Source: Zootoca vivipara
Lineage: Eukaryota
Length of the DNA stretch: 64,000 nt
Direction: 5' to 3'
Assembly (NCBI RefSeq): GCF_963506605.1
Contig: NC_083287.1
Coordinates: forward strand, 12,338,001-12,402,000
Made by a program: the position numbers and the translations under genes
Part shown: positions 51,811 to 64,000 of the stretch, in pieces
Layout of the letters: every line of letters begins with the position of its first letter
Numbering within the stretch: the stretch's first letter is position 1
The notes under the pieces: model-generated
The model's database searches: none
Told to the model about the DNA's origin: nothing
What the model saw: only the letters and a program-made list of their open reading frames with translations

Positions 51811-52137
51811 TAAGGGGTGGGCAAGTCAATTGTCAATTTTGGTTTCTCTGTTTCTCATTTTTCCAGTCTTAAATTCGGTTCTCCACATTTACAACTCTGT
51901 TTGTGATAATTCATCCATATTTTAGTGTGACGATTTCCAAATAATATATTTTTTTCTATGCAATTTCCCCAATATAATGCATTTTTAATGTTATTTTCAC
52001 CAATATATTCATTTTATGCACACTTTACCCTAGCATATGCAGCTTTACATCCATTACTTGGTTGGAGAGCTGCACTGAAATGTGTGAATTAGTGATTAAC
52101 ATTTAAATGTGAACTGAAACAAATTTCTCCCTTCTTA
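51811..52137 (-). mobile_element. TIR-type dispersed repeat copy
   Basis: tgtcaattttggtttctctgtttctcatttttccagtcttaaattcggttctccacattt, shared with 30684-31028. Boundaries approximate. Confidence 0.65.
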
Positions 52138-53101
52138 TCTGTTATATTAGCCAAGGAGGTGAAAACATACGTGCACAAGGTTAAGCCTCCTCTGCTCTAT
52201 GCCATGGTCCCAATCCAAATCCCCTCACAGCTATTTTTAGCTGGGGGGGGGCTTGAAAGATAAGAGAGATAAAGTCATGCATCTGCAATGGCACATCTAG
52301 CTTGGCAGAATTATTGACTGTTCCACTTCAAAATGTAAAAGTGTGTGTGCGTGCTTGTATTTTTGAATGTTTCTCCACATTATATAAAAAAATTGCTTGC
52401 ATGCAATAGCAAATCAAAGAGAAAAGTTCCAGATTCATGAGTCTACTACAGATTTTTGGTTTGCCGTTTTCACATGGAGGAGCTTCACGTCCCACCCATT
52501 CCAAACGGTTGCCACCTCATCCTGAGAAAAATATGTAAATTGGTTCTAAGAGTATGTAAATCCGTTGAGCATAATTGAGAAAAAGAACCCCGCTTCCTGA
52601 AATAAAACAAAAGGGGGGGGGTACACTGATGACTTTGATGCTGCCTCTTCCTTACACTGATTAGCAAATCAGTTTCTGACTGGAGGTAATTTATAAGATC
52701 CTTCAACATTTCATATGATGTGCTGGGAGGGGAAGAGGTCAAATCTTTCCTGGAGTAAATCTCAGTTGGCAGTTACAGAATGTTCAAGCTTGTGAAAAGG
52801 CCAATTAAGGCATTATTGGCTGATGGGCCTCAGCACTTTGGATGGCTTTTAAAGGGCTCGGGAAATTAGCTCTGCCGTCAGTTCAATGCACATGGGTTTT
52901 CTTCAGGGAGGTCCACAAATGGATCCTCTTTCTGAAAAACTCTGCTTCCATGATTGAAACTGCAAAGCCCGGGTTATTTTCCTAATTATGAGTTCAGGGA
53001 ACGGATCTGTCTGCAATAACTGCAACCCATCCTTCGCTCAATGCTTCACTCTTGTTAACATGGTGTGTAAAACAATTGAAGTAGGCAAGAATTCACATGA
53101 T

Positions 53102-53290
53102 TAAGGAACATAGGAAACTGTCTTATACCAAGTCAGAACATTGACCCATCCAGCTCTACACAGACTGGCACTAGTTATCCAGGATTTCAGACAAGGTTCT
53201 CTTTCAGCACTTCTTGGAGATGCTGGGGATTGAACCTGAGACCTTCTGTGTGCAAAGCAGATGCTCTACCATGAAGCTACAGCCCTCCCC
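53102..53290 (-). mobile_element. Squam2-like tRNA-derived SINE
   Basis: ggagatgctggggattgaacctgagacc...gctctaccatgaagcta is the reverse complement of a tRNA-like head; aggaacataggaa tail. Confidence 0.75.
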
Positions 53291-53980
53291 CAAAGCACAC
53301 TTAGATTTGTGCTGGAATGTAGCCAAATTCTTTGATCATCTGGGTTATTTCAGAACAGTCTCAGTCTCTCTCTCTCCCTCTCCTCGCATGGCTGCACACA
53401 CAGACGTACAAAGCAGATGCTGTCAGTTGACTTTGGGCCAGTGTACAAACATGCCTACACATCACTCGGTCCTCAATCCTTGATTTCTCATCAAGGTGAA
53501 CTCCCTCTGTTGAATACAGTTAGGTGTTTTTTGCTTTTTTAAAAAAGAATTGTTGTGCTCACCTCATACAAATCACTATCAGGAAGCTTGGTTGTGCCAA
53601 GTCAGAAATTGTTTCCATGAGTTTGAGTATTTTAGCCTGATGTGGAAAGTATTGTGTCTGAGAGGTGGCCGAAGCACACACCTGTGATGTCTGACCTGCA
53701 ACGACCCTTTCATATGTAGAAGTCATTCCTTGATGCGGCAGTGCGCATTATGTCTCTCTTGGACTAATATTTGTGCATGCACGTTACATGCCAACCCTGA
53801 AATTAAAGGAAATGTGAGTGTGCCTAAGTGAATCATAAAGGCCATAACCCAACACTGAGATGCAATCCTGTGCATGTTTGCATGGAGGTACGTCCCACTG
53901 GCTTCAATGGGGCATACATGGAAGCACAGGACTGCAGCCTGAGTTAAGAAAGCTTAAGCCCTCTGATTCTGATGGATTTA

Positions 53981-54169
53981 AACATAGGAACAAAGGAAGC
54001 TGCCTTATACCGAGTCAGATCAACAGCTCATCTAACTCAAAATTGAGTACACTGATAGGCAGCAGATCTCCAGGGTTTTAGGCAGGAGTCCCTCCCAGCC
54101 CTACTTGAAGATGCTGGAGGGTGAATCTGGCACCTTCTGCATGCAATGCAGATGCTCTTCCACTGAGCT
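53981..54169 (-). mobile_element. Squam2-like tRNA-derived SINE
   Basis: aacataggaacaaaggaagctgccttataccgagtcaga...gatgctcttccactgagct. Confidence 0.75.
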
Positions 54170-54457
54170 AAGCACACCTAACTTTGTGTTGTAATGTGGC
54201 CTATTTGCTCATTTGGATTATTTCATGAGCAATCTCTCATGTCTGCATGCACAGACAGAACACCTATATTAGTGTGTGTATATACTGAGAGAGGAATTCT
54301 TACTGGTAACATGCACACATACACAGATATGTGTACATATATATATTTGTGTGCATAAATATAGCCCGAGACGCCCAGGTATAGGGCAGTTTGGAATTCA
54401 ATAAATAATAATAAATTCTGATAATTTTAATTATGAAATCATTTTGTCCACAATTTC

Positions 54458-54462
<5 letters not shown>

Positions 54463-54502
<40 letters not shown>
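54463..54502. repeat. (AC)n microsatellite, about 20 units
   Basis: Direct reading. Confidence 0.95.
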
Positions 54503-54504
<2 letters not shown>

Positions 54505-54996
54505 TCTTCACAGTGTTACAAGAAACCAAAGTGGCCAGAGTGCAATTGGTGAAAACAAAACAATGCAAGCAAACAAACAAACCAAAACCCCAACCACACT
54601 TTGCATTTTAATACATTCAGGATGCAAAAGGAGAAACAAAAGCAGATTCTTAAAGGTATTCAGCATTGTTTTCTTCCAAGCCTCTACAGGCTGGACTTCC
54701 TAACACAGAAATTACTCCTATGCTTGTTAGGTCATAAGAAGGAAACCGCTTTTTCTTTGTCTAGTTGGGCACTCTGCCTAGTCAGAGAATTGGAGCCAGT
54801 CACTTTCATTTCTCTCCATTGTTCAGCCAGTGAATGAAAAGAATTCAGTACCTGAATATAAAAATACTGTAAACCCTTTGGGACAGGAAAAGCCAAGCTG
54901 GTGCCCAATGGATGTGGCTCATCTGCAACTCCTATTAGCCCTTTCTAGCATGACCATGGAACAAAGATGGGCACTGCAATCCAGCAACATCTAGAG

Positions 54997-55132
54997 CAAG
55001 CATCCCCAAACTCGGCCCTCCAGATGTTTTGTGACTACAACTCCCACCATCCCTAGCTAACAGGATAAGTGGTCAGGGATGATGGAAATTGTAGTCCCAA
55101 AATGTCTAGAGAGCCAAGTTTGGGGGTGCCTG
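54997..55132. mobile_element. 136-bp hAT-type MITE nested in an older related MITE (about 54890-55162)
   Basis: TIRs caagcatccccaaact / agtttgggggtgcctg; perfect 8-bp TSD atctagag. Confidence 0.9.
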
Positions 55133-58100
55133 ATCTAGAGGGCTCCACGATGGCTTCCCCTGCTTTACAGTGATATAGATGTTGTCCTATTTTTAAAAGC
55201 ATAACCCATTCAAATATATCTATATCCCTACTCTAGTCATTTCATAGGTTTGGAATGGGGGTGGGGGTGGGAGGGAAGCTGATCGGTTTCTATTGAAAGT
55301 TAAGCCCTAAGGCCACCTACTGAATTAATGAGTGAGGTGAGATCTGAATAGGGGATGTTCATAACTGATGTTCACTATACAACACTAGTCCTTAAAGGAC
55401 TATAATTTAATGCTTCAGGGACTGAGACCAGCAGTCCTTCAGATTTGAAATGGACACAATTAAAATGTGATAGCAGATGAGACCAGGTGTGTTCGCCCTC
55501 CTGACAGCATGTGGAACAAATGACATTGTTATTATATGGTGAAGGATGAGGTTGTGGTTGAGCAGAGCAAGTCCATCCTTCATTTTGCAAGGTGTGGGCT
55601 ACAGGGAATACGACAGATTGCGTCAGCCTGCAGTGTACAGCTGGCAGCCCCTGTCTTCTCATTCAGCTATCAATATAAATAATGAGAGATTTAAAAGTAG
55701 GGTGATACTCTATTATTGAACAATCTGCAGTTGCTGAAAGTGTATGGAAACTCTTAAGCGGTAGAAATGTAGGCAGAATGCGGGGGGTGGGGGGATTATC
55801 CCTAACATTTGACAGGGCAAAAACGTTTCACGCAGATCGCTCAAATAGCCTCATCACATTTCCAAGTCCCATTGTTTTCAGTGCACCATTCTCTCCCATT
55901 TAAATCAGCAGGTGGCCTAAAAGCAGCTAACTTTGGCCAGGTTGCTGTCAAAGTCTTTAGTACTAGCCCAAGAGGGGAGAATGTGGTTGCACTCAATATT
56001 CACTTGTGGGCTTCCCATCAACAACTGTCTGGCCACTGTGAGAACAGAATGCAAGATTAGGTGGGTCTTTGGCCTGATCCAGAATTGGTCTTCATATGTT
56101 CTTATGTTAGTACATTAAACAGTGGTTTGCAACAGCACCCTTTAACCTGGTGCCCTACAGATATGGTTAAACTCCCATCAGCCCCAGCCAGCAATGGCGA
56201 ATGGTCAGGGAGATGAGCTGTAGTCCAATGACATCCCAAGGGTCACAAGTTCTCCATCCTTGCAATGTAGGGACCCCAAAGAACTACAAATGTTTATAAT
56301 GGTTCAAGAAGCTAGAAATCTTTGTTTTTGACAATTAGCAAGGTTATGTACTTTCACACTTGAGCACATCATTTAAAGGAGTTGTAAAATGGGGATTCAA
56401 CAGGAAAGGTTCACGGGTCATTGGCACACAATATATCTTGTTTTCTAGTGTTTCCTCCCCCTCTCAAACAGAAATGTGCAAGAAATACTTTGTGGCATAT
56501 GGTTCCTGTAATCCTCATAAATTCAAAATTACCCCAATTATGAAACATGGACATCATTAAAAAGAAATGACCGTGCAATTATCTTCCGAATGCCACTGTC
56601 ACTGTGCTGACAATTTAATTAAAGCTACTGTGCCTTAAATTATAATTAGCTTCTACAGGAGAAGCAGACTTTAAAATTCTCAAGTGGCACTAATCAAAAC
56701 ATATCTATGTATTGTTACATACGGGTTGAACTGATTAACACATTTTATCAATCCTAAAGATATGACAATTATCCTCTTTAACAAGAGTCTTCATACCAGC
56801 TTTATTTGTAAAGTAACAAAAAAAAACCTTCCACAATAAAAACAGAGCATGGCCCCAATAAATTACAGAGAATATTAAAACTTGTTTAATCGTCCCCTCT
56901 GTTTAGCTGTGGTTATTTGTGTCTGCTGGTGTTTTAAGAATTCTTATTTTTAGTTTAAATATTTTATTTTATTAAATTATTTATCTAGTACTAGAGATGT
57001 TGGAGAATTCCAACAAAATGGGAGCAGAAAATGCCAAAGCCCATTCATTCCATGTCTGGAATGGAAAACAATCCAGTGAATACGATCGAGTAGTTGCTGC
57101 TGCTGTTAGCTTCCAAGTGCTATGCCCCCCTGCCCCACTTTGCATTGCATTTCTTTTGCAATGAAATGAATGGGGCAAAATAATGTAATTTGGGGAGTAT
57201 ATATGTAATTAATTAATTTACAGAAGTTATGTGATTTTGACAAAGTGGACAGTGAAACGAACAACATAAGATGAACAGTGGAATGGAAACAGTGCTGCTT
57301 GTGATGAATACAGGGCAGAACAGAAAACGTTGCCTTCTTACATCCCTGTGTTATATATCCCACAGTGGTACTGGTAGTAATGAAGGGCAGGCCATAAAAC
57401 AAACAAACAAAGTTCTAGATGAACATACCTAGGACAAATGGTTATCCTTTGGAGCAGGGCTAGGGAAACCCTGGCCCTCTAGATATAGCTGCACACCAAC
57501 TGCCATCAATCCCAGAGCAGCATGGCAAATGGTTCACAACTCCCATCCTGCCCAACCAAGAAGGTCTGAAGAACCACATATCCCCCATTTCTGCTTTAGA
57601 GAATTCTTGCCACCACTGTTTCCCCCTACCTCCTGCCCTAAGAGAGTTTGGGAAGCCTTGTGGTGGTAGTGGGAAGGGGGGAAAGCTGCAAGGGCTATGG
57701 TGGGGTTCACGGCTTGGGCTGAGCAGGACTCTCCTCCTTAGGCTAAAACCTCTCTCAAACCATTACTTTGAGGGCAAGAGGCAAAAGAGAGTGGAATAGA
57801 GTGGAGCCAGTACAGTGAGCAGCACTGGAAAGAAATCTGGAAGGGAGTGGAGGAGGAGACAAAGGGAGAGAGCATTCAAATCAGAGTGATCATCTGTAGA
57901 ATGGGACTTCCTGCATTGTTTAATGGCTGGAAATGAACTCTTGTCTAAACTTTTCATGGTAATAATTGGAGCTGCCTATGTATTGTGATTCTGCACAACT
58001 GCAGAAAAATGCAGGCTGTGGTAGTGGGTGTATAATTCAGCTTCCTAAGAATCCCCCCACTCATGCTTTAAAAAACACACAACAAAACAAAACCAAGTTT

Positions 58101-58919
58101 CTAGACCCTGTGGTTGTGAGGATATGCTTGAAAATGTGTGGCAATTCCTCATGACTCTAGGGTTGCAAAGTACTTTTTGCTGTAGTTTGAGGGCAAGGAT
58201 TCATGACCCTGCATAGATTTTTGTCCCTCTGAGTGATCTTTAGAAGCACAGAACTAATGCAACAGAGTAATTAAATTTTGTTTGCATGTTGTTATGTATG
58301 AGAGTCACAAATTTAATATTTTATGGGTGCAGAAAGTAGGTTATCATGGCACAGATCCCCCCTCCCATCCCATCCTGACAACAGCCTCTCCTGTCTGTTT
58401 TCTTCCCACTGCAGTTAGAGCAGCAAGTCTTCCCATACTCCTTAGCCAAACTCTTGGGCATTGAAATTGCAAACTCTGATTTGAAATAGAAACGACTAAC
58501 AATGTCAAACCTTTATAAAGTGCCACTTTATAAATTTACAGATTACAACCAGTCCCACCGTTCTTTGATGGAAGTGGCTGCTGCTTCAGCAAAACCAAGG
58601 CCAATTTGGCAGCGGCCGAAGAGCCACTTCTCAAGGCAAGGGAAAGTGAAGAGGCAGAGCAAAGTGAACACAGGCAGCTTTTGACCTTCTGCTCCGCTCT
58701 TTTACTGCCTTCCTCTGAGGAAGGGAGTGATTCCAACATAACCTTGGCCTGCCTTTCGTAGGCACACCTGAACTGCACTGCTTAGCACACAACAGGGAAA
58801 CCATGGACGGACAGGCTCCTAATTCAAACGAAGGGTCTGGCAGCCTTTTAGGAGATTTTCCAAGTCACTGTCTTTGCTAACCCCCCTTCTCAGAAGCATA
58901 ATTAGGGCAATGTCTAAGG

Positions 58920-59055
58920 CAGGCATCCCCAAACTGCGGCCCTCCAGCTGTTTTGGCCTACAACTCCCATGATTCCTTGCTAGCAGGACCAGTGGTCAGG
59001 GATGATGGGAATTGTAGTCCAAAACATCTGGAGGGCCGAAGTTTGGGGATGCCTG
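58920..59055. mobile_element. 136-bp hAT-type MITE
   Basis: Perfect 16-bp TIR caggcatccccaaact; perfect 8-bp TSD gtctaagg. Confidence 0.93.
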
Positions 59056-60110
59056 GTCTAAGGCGTTCCTAATCTTAATGAGCCACTTTTGTGGCAGATG
59101 TGCAAGAGTTAACACCTTTAGTTTTCCATCTAGGAACAAAATTTGTTTTTCAACAGAGTGCTTTGAAAGTGGCACATTGAAGAAGCAGATACATTGATAG
59201 TCTTAACCTGGGGGCAGCCAACAATGTTCCTGGTCTACAATTGCCATAAGTCCTAGGCATCACTGACAATGGTCGGGGACCATTAGAACTGTAGCCCAAC
59301 AATACCTGGAAGGCTACCTACTGTTATAATCTTGTTGCTGAGCAACAATGTGCAGAGTGAGAGGCCAGCCAACCAGAATTTACTCTGAGGTGTACTTGCC
59401 TGGAGGCAGAGTCAGCATTTGAAGTCAGGTCCAGTCCTAGGGTTGGGCAAACAGCAATCCGTGTGTTCAGACGGTCATGGGGTCATGGAATCCAATGATC
59501 ATGCGGTCAAGGGTCAAGAGGAATAGGAAGCAGCAAGGTTGAGACAGGAACTGCAAGCATTGCTACCAGTATCTGACTGCTGCTGGAAGCTCTGCTTAAG
59601 AAGGCTGAAGCCAGCTGGTTCTCATCAGTACCTTCTCCTCTGAGTCCTTGAAGGCTGAGCAGCTGCAGGTGAAATCATTTTAAGCAGAGGTTGAATGGAC
59701 ATCTGCCATGGATGCTTTAGTTGAGATTACAGCAATTGAACTTCAGGGTACCTTCAAAGTGCACAATTCTATGAAAATGTAGTAGCAGTTCAATAATTGG
59801 CACAATTGTACTTCTGCCTAAAGACTGCATGGCTACATAAGTTGTTGTTGTTGTTGTTGTTTGCAATTGCCATGTGTTGACAATCAAATCAAACTAATTC
59901 ATACACATATAAAATGGACATTGGTTAAAATCTGTTGATCTGAATCCACTCCAGTTTCTCTGAAAAAACAGCATTCTTTGTATATCAAAGACACTGAAAA
60001 TAATAAATGACTGAGAAAGTCCCTCCCCCTCTTCTTTGATTTTGGTCTGAAGAGAAGTGTGTGACCTTCAAAGTGGTCTTCCTGTTGCATTCTAGCTACT
60101 TGATCCAATA

Positions 60111-60435
60111 AAGGAGCGTCTCCACCTCCATTGTTCTGCCCGGACACTGAGGTCCAGCACCGAGGGCCTTCTGGCAGTTCCCTCATTGCGAGAAGCCAAG
60201 TTGCAGGGAACTAGACAGAGGGCCTTCTCGGTAGTGGCGCCCGCCCTGTGGAACGCCCTCCCATCAGATGTCAAAGAGAAAAACAACTACCAGACTTTTA
60301 GAAGACATCTGAAGGCAGCCCTGTTTAGGGAGGCTTTTAATGTTTAATAGATCACTGTGTTTTATTTTTCTGTTGGAAGCCGCCCAGAGTGGCTGGGGAA
60401 ACCCAGCCAGATGGGCGGGGTATAAATAATAATAA

Positions 60436-60478
<43 letters not shown>
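60111..60478 (+). mobile_element. L2 LINE 3' fragment with (AAT)n/(ATT)n tail
   Basis: aaggagcgtctccac...gccttctcggtagtggcgcccgccctgtggaacgccctccc...gaaggcagccctgtttagggaggc, collinear with the L2 ORF2 C-terminus. Confidence 0.92.
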
Positions 60479-60480
<2 letters not shown>

Positions 60481-61888
60481 CACCTATTATTAATTCTCTG
60501 TGTTGCATTCTGTAGTACCAAGATGCCAGCAACACTATTAGTAATTTCTTACTGAATCATATATTTACGTGAAAAATGCCTCAGCTTGGTGGAATTGGGG
60601 GCCAAAGGAACTCATCCTTAAATATATTTGCATACTGCATGCGAGATAGATATATTAGTGTTGCAAGTCAGATATTCTTGAACTTTAACGACACCAATAT
60701 CCAGCTGCAGAAAGTCCTGTGATGACACGGACTAGAAAAAAATGCTGCTGCAGTTGTAGAAATCCCTGCTGGATGCAGAGGCAGTTCTGTCTAGGAGAGC
60801 GGCTTATGTGATGGGAACCTGCCATAAATTCACATGTCCAGCTCCAAGTGATTATGATTTAAATCTCCACATAGTAGTTATTGTGAAAGGAAACCCCACC
60901 TTGCAGCTTTTTACTGAGAGAAGGTGTTTAAGCAACTGAGGTTCCTGCAGGACATCAGCTTTGGCAGATGTCTCCATAAAAGTCCCTAAGCCAGAGATTC
61001 TCACTGGCAGGCAGCAACATTAGTCAAGAGTAAATTCTGCAAGGAGCCCCATTCAAAGAGTTCTTGGTAGAAGATCTGCAGTCACTGTCACATTTATTGC
61101 CTTAAGAAGAGAGTGGGCGGAGGGGAAGAGCAGCCAGCTACCTCTTCGACTACACTGATTATCTCTTTCTGCTCTTATACTGGCTGCATGCCAATGAGTA
61201 CAAAAGAAGGATGTAAGGACAGGAAGGAGTAAGCTGTGGTGCTGTCCTTTGGCTGACATGCTGTTTTAAAGATTACATGCAGCTTTCTGCAATCACAAGG
61301 ATTCACTAAGCACAGATATTTCATACAATGCAAGCACCAGATCACCTGTTGTTTGGATAACCTTAAGGTCACTGAGCATTCACAGCAGGATGAACAGCAT
61401 GGCTCGGGATCATTTGTTTTATCAGCTTCCCTTCCATGCCGTCCCACAACTCCAGGGTATCTGTTGAAATCATCAGGATCTTTCTTTTGATTTGTTTGTC
61501 TGCAACCTCATTTGCTCAGTTGCTGTGTCATCTGGGGTTCCTTCGCATCTTCATCCATCCAGTTATTTGACACTTGCACTGGTATCTGAGAAGAATTCCC
61601 CACAAAGGCGGCTCCCAATACTTATTTTCCAGTACGTTTTCAACTCTTCAGCCAATTATAGCATTTGGTACTTCTTGTATTTGGTACTTGTTTGGTGACA
61701 GAAAAAGGTACCAAGTACAAAAAGCACTGAATTGTAGCTAGAAAGGAAGAATCAGGACTGTACTTCAATTCAAGCTGTGGCTGCAAAGGAACAATTCTTC
61801 CTGATTCCTCCTTTGAAGTTGAGTCACATGATGCCGTATGATGTGAGGTGATTGACAGGTGACTTACTACTCACATGTCAAAGTGACC

Positions 61889-62780
61889 TGTGGAGTGTGG
61901 GGCAGTTCAGGATCTGGCAGCCAGTTTGGTCAGTTACCAGGAATGACCGCTCCACACATCAATAGGGGGCGACTTTTGCGTGGACGTGCACAGCCCCCTG
62001 GTCCCAGAGGCGACTCCCTGGTAGTTTGGGGCTGGCATCACCTTCCCAGGTAGGATGCCAGGGGTCTCTGCCTACCCAAGCCCAGCGTCCAATCCTGCCT
62101 GGGGAGGTGTTGCCAGGGGATGGCCAGGTAAGGGGAGGGACTGTCCGGCTCACACAAGAGAATTTGAATCTTACCTCCAAGCACCAGTCGGTTCCAGAGC
62201 TTCTCCCACCCTCCACACCCTTCATTCATGTTCTTTTGCAAGTTCACCTTTTCTCTACAGGTTCACAGGCGCTGCTATGTCAAGGCCTGTTGAAGGGTCG
62301 GAAAGGAATTTTCCTGCATTGGCAGGTTTCACCTTTCCTGTAGCAATACGTCACAACTTTGGCAGTGTCAGGCCTTGGGTGGAATTCTTTGGCGATTGTC
62401 CTAGAGGGAGGGGCATGAGGCGGAGACCTCACCCCCTTTGCGGCAACAAGAGCAGGGTATTGGGGGAAGACTTGACCATGCCAATAGGTGTCATCACTTC
62501 CCCCTTCCAGCGGCGGTGAACAGGGGACGGGCTCTCTCTGCTTGAACATAGGTTCTCCAGAGCCAGCCCCAACCCCCATACATGTAAGATAACCCCGAAG
62601 CCTCCCAGAACCCTGGCTGGGGACTGGGAAGGATAATGCCCAATGCCTGAGCCAAGGTCTCCCTACATCTGAATCTTAATAAAGTTGTGACCAATTTGAA
62701 TCCCATAGCATGTTGTTATGCATCTTTATTTCGCTCAGCTGGTCGTCGGGGAGTTTGGGGGACTCCGCCTGTCCACGCAA
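61889..62780 (+). mobile_element. LTR-like or DIRS/Ngaro-like terminal repeat remnant
   Basis: GC- and CpG-richer island in AT-rich intron; AATAAA at 62678-62683 about 95 nt before the end; inverted motif TTGCGTGGAC (61976-61985) / GTCCACGCAA (62771-62780); no TSD found; left boundary uncertain. Confidence 0.5.
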
Positions 62781-64000
62781 TTATTAGAGCTGTGGTCCAA
62801 AACATTAGCTACCTCATCACTAACATATCAATTATATAGCTCCTTTCACAAGAACTACCTCCAATCATTTGCACCAAATACCGGTAAGAGGAATAGCTGT
62901 GATGAGAACAGAGGGAATCATCCCCCCAAAAATGTAATAGTGTAGTCAGATATTATAGATGTTCTGGGGGCTTGGGATTGACCACATCTAACCTTAAGAA
63001 GTGAGCACCCTATAATTTATGGTGCTATTTTAATTTGCAGCAGCCAGTATTCCCAAACTGAAAGTTCTTTAATCATCCCACTTATCTCATAGCTACAGAT
63101 TTTCACTCCTTGGGGATAGCAAAGGCCACAAGTCAATTGAAGAGCAAGAATGTGTAACTGAATGAAACCACAAATTGTAATAAGTGCAAATGATTTCAAG
63201 CCAGCTTCTATACATTTGCTGCCACAAGATTCTTTGTTAACATTTACTAGAGCTGGAGGGTAATTTTGTTCAGTCTGCATTGTAAAGAAAAGCAATCTAA
63301 TTCACTGCTCCTAGATCAGGATCTCAGAACAGAGCTATCAATTGGGTTACAGTTTTTTCTTTTGCTATTTTTGGTGCATTTTTTTTAAATGCACAAAATA
63401 TATACAATAGCATATTTTAGGGGAAGGGTAAGTACAAAATGCATACAATTTAAATTTGATTCCCCCAGTGTGCTTTTTAAAAATCATAAATAACAAGATA
63501 GAACAGACCCATGATTGGGCACATGTAAAACTGATACAGAAGAAAAATAGGCTGACATCTGCTCTATATTTTGGAAGTTGTCTGTTATGCATTTGGACAC
63601 CTCTTTAAAATACGATCACCAAACTTTGTATAATTATTCTTGAGATCAAGGAGAAGTTTGTTGTCTATGTTTGGACACAATCAGACACCATTTTGAATAT
63701 TCCAAAACTGCATTGATTTTTTTTTGGTTTCTTATAACTCCTGAGCAATGCTGGGAATGAGGCTGGTAGTTTGTTTTTAAAATCTCTGTTTTGCAATTAC
63801 CCCAATATTTACTATCTCCATAAATGTTCGTTTACATAAACAATGTGGTTAACTGTGCAACTGTAGGCAGAAAATAAGCTTGACTTTAACTCACTTTAGA
63901 AATATTGGGGATATGGCTTTTCCTACACCTAATCTTTCTTTTCTTAATGCATTGATGCTGCAGGGTTGGTAAGGTGAAGGATTCAACATGCTTGATTAAT

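Noticed and set aside
62026-62706. Overlapping 88-154 aa ORFs
   Set aside because: No gag, RT, integrase or recombinase motifs; explained by high GC content.

Overview
Vertebrate nuclear DNA from a squamate reptile, probably a lacertid lizard (inferred from Sauria/Squam SINEs and the MITE families). It is the conserved TMEM108-BFSP2 locus, with both genes on the minus strand. The last three coding exons of TMEM108 (retrolinkin) are at 18252-19349, 10221-10375 and 7849-7971; all have canonical AG/GT boundaries and consistent phases. The first coding exon of BFSP2 (phakinin/CP49, lens beaded filament) is at 5431-5886, only 1,962 bp downstream of the TMEM108 stop codon. Positions 1-5430 are BFSP2 intron 1. 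Positions 19350-64000 are most likely one long TMEM108 intron; I did not find the short start-codon exon in the window. The non-coding DNA is dense in L2 and CR1 LINE remnants, tRNA-derived SINEs and non-autonomous DNA transposons, several with target-site duplications (TSDs) I could read directly. It also has repeat-free, homeodomain-motif-rich blocks that look like conserved enhancers. I found no new protein-coding system. The best leads are: (1) a CAG|GTGAGT site at 27268 that is either an in-frame alternative first exon (MIFS-G) or a recursive splice site; (2) a near-identical pair of 90-bp MITEs with atypical 6-bp TSDs; (3) an LTR- or DIRS-like terminal-repeat remnant near 61.9-62.8 kb; (4) a Sox/Maf-containing lens promoter packed against the TMEM108 3' UTR.
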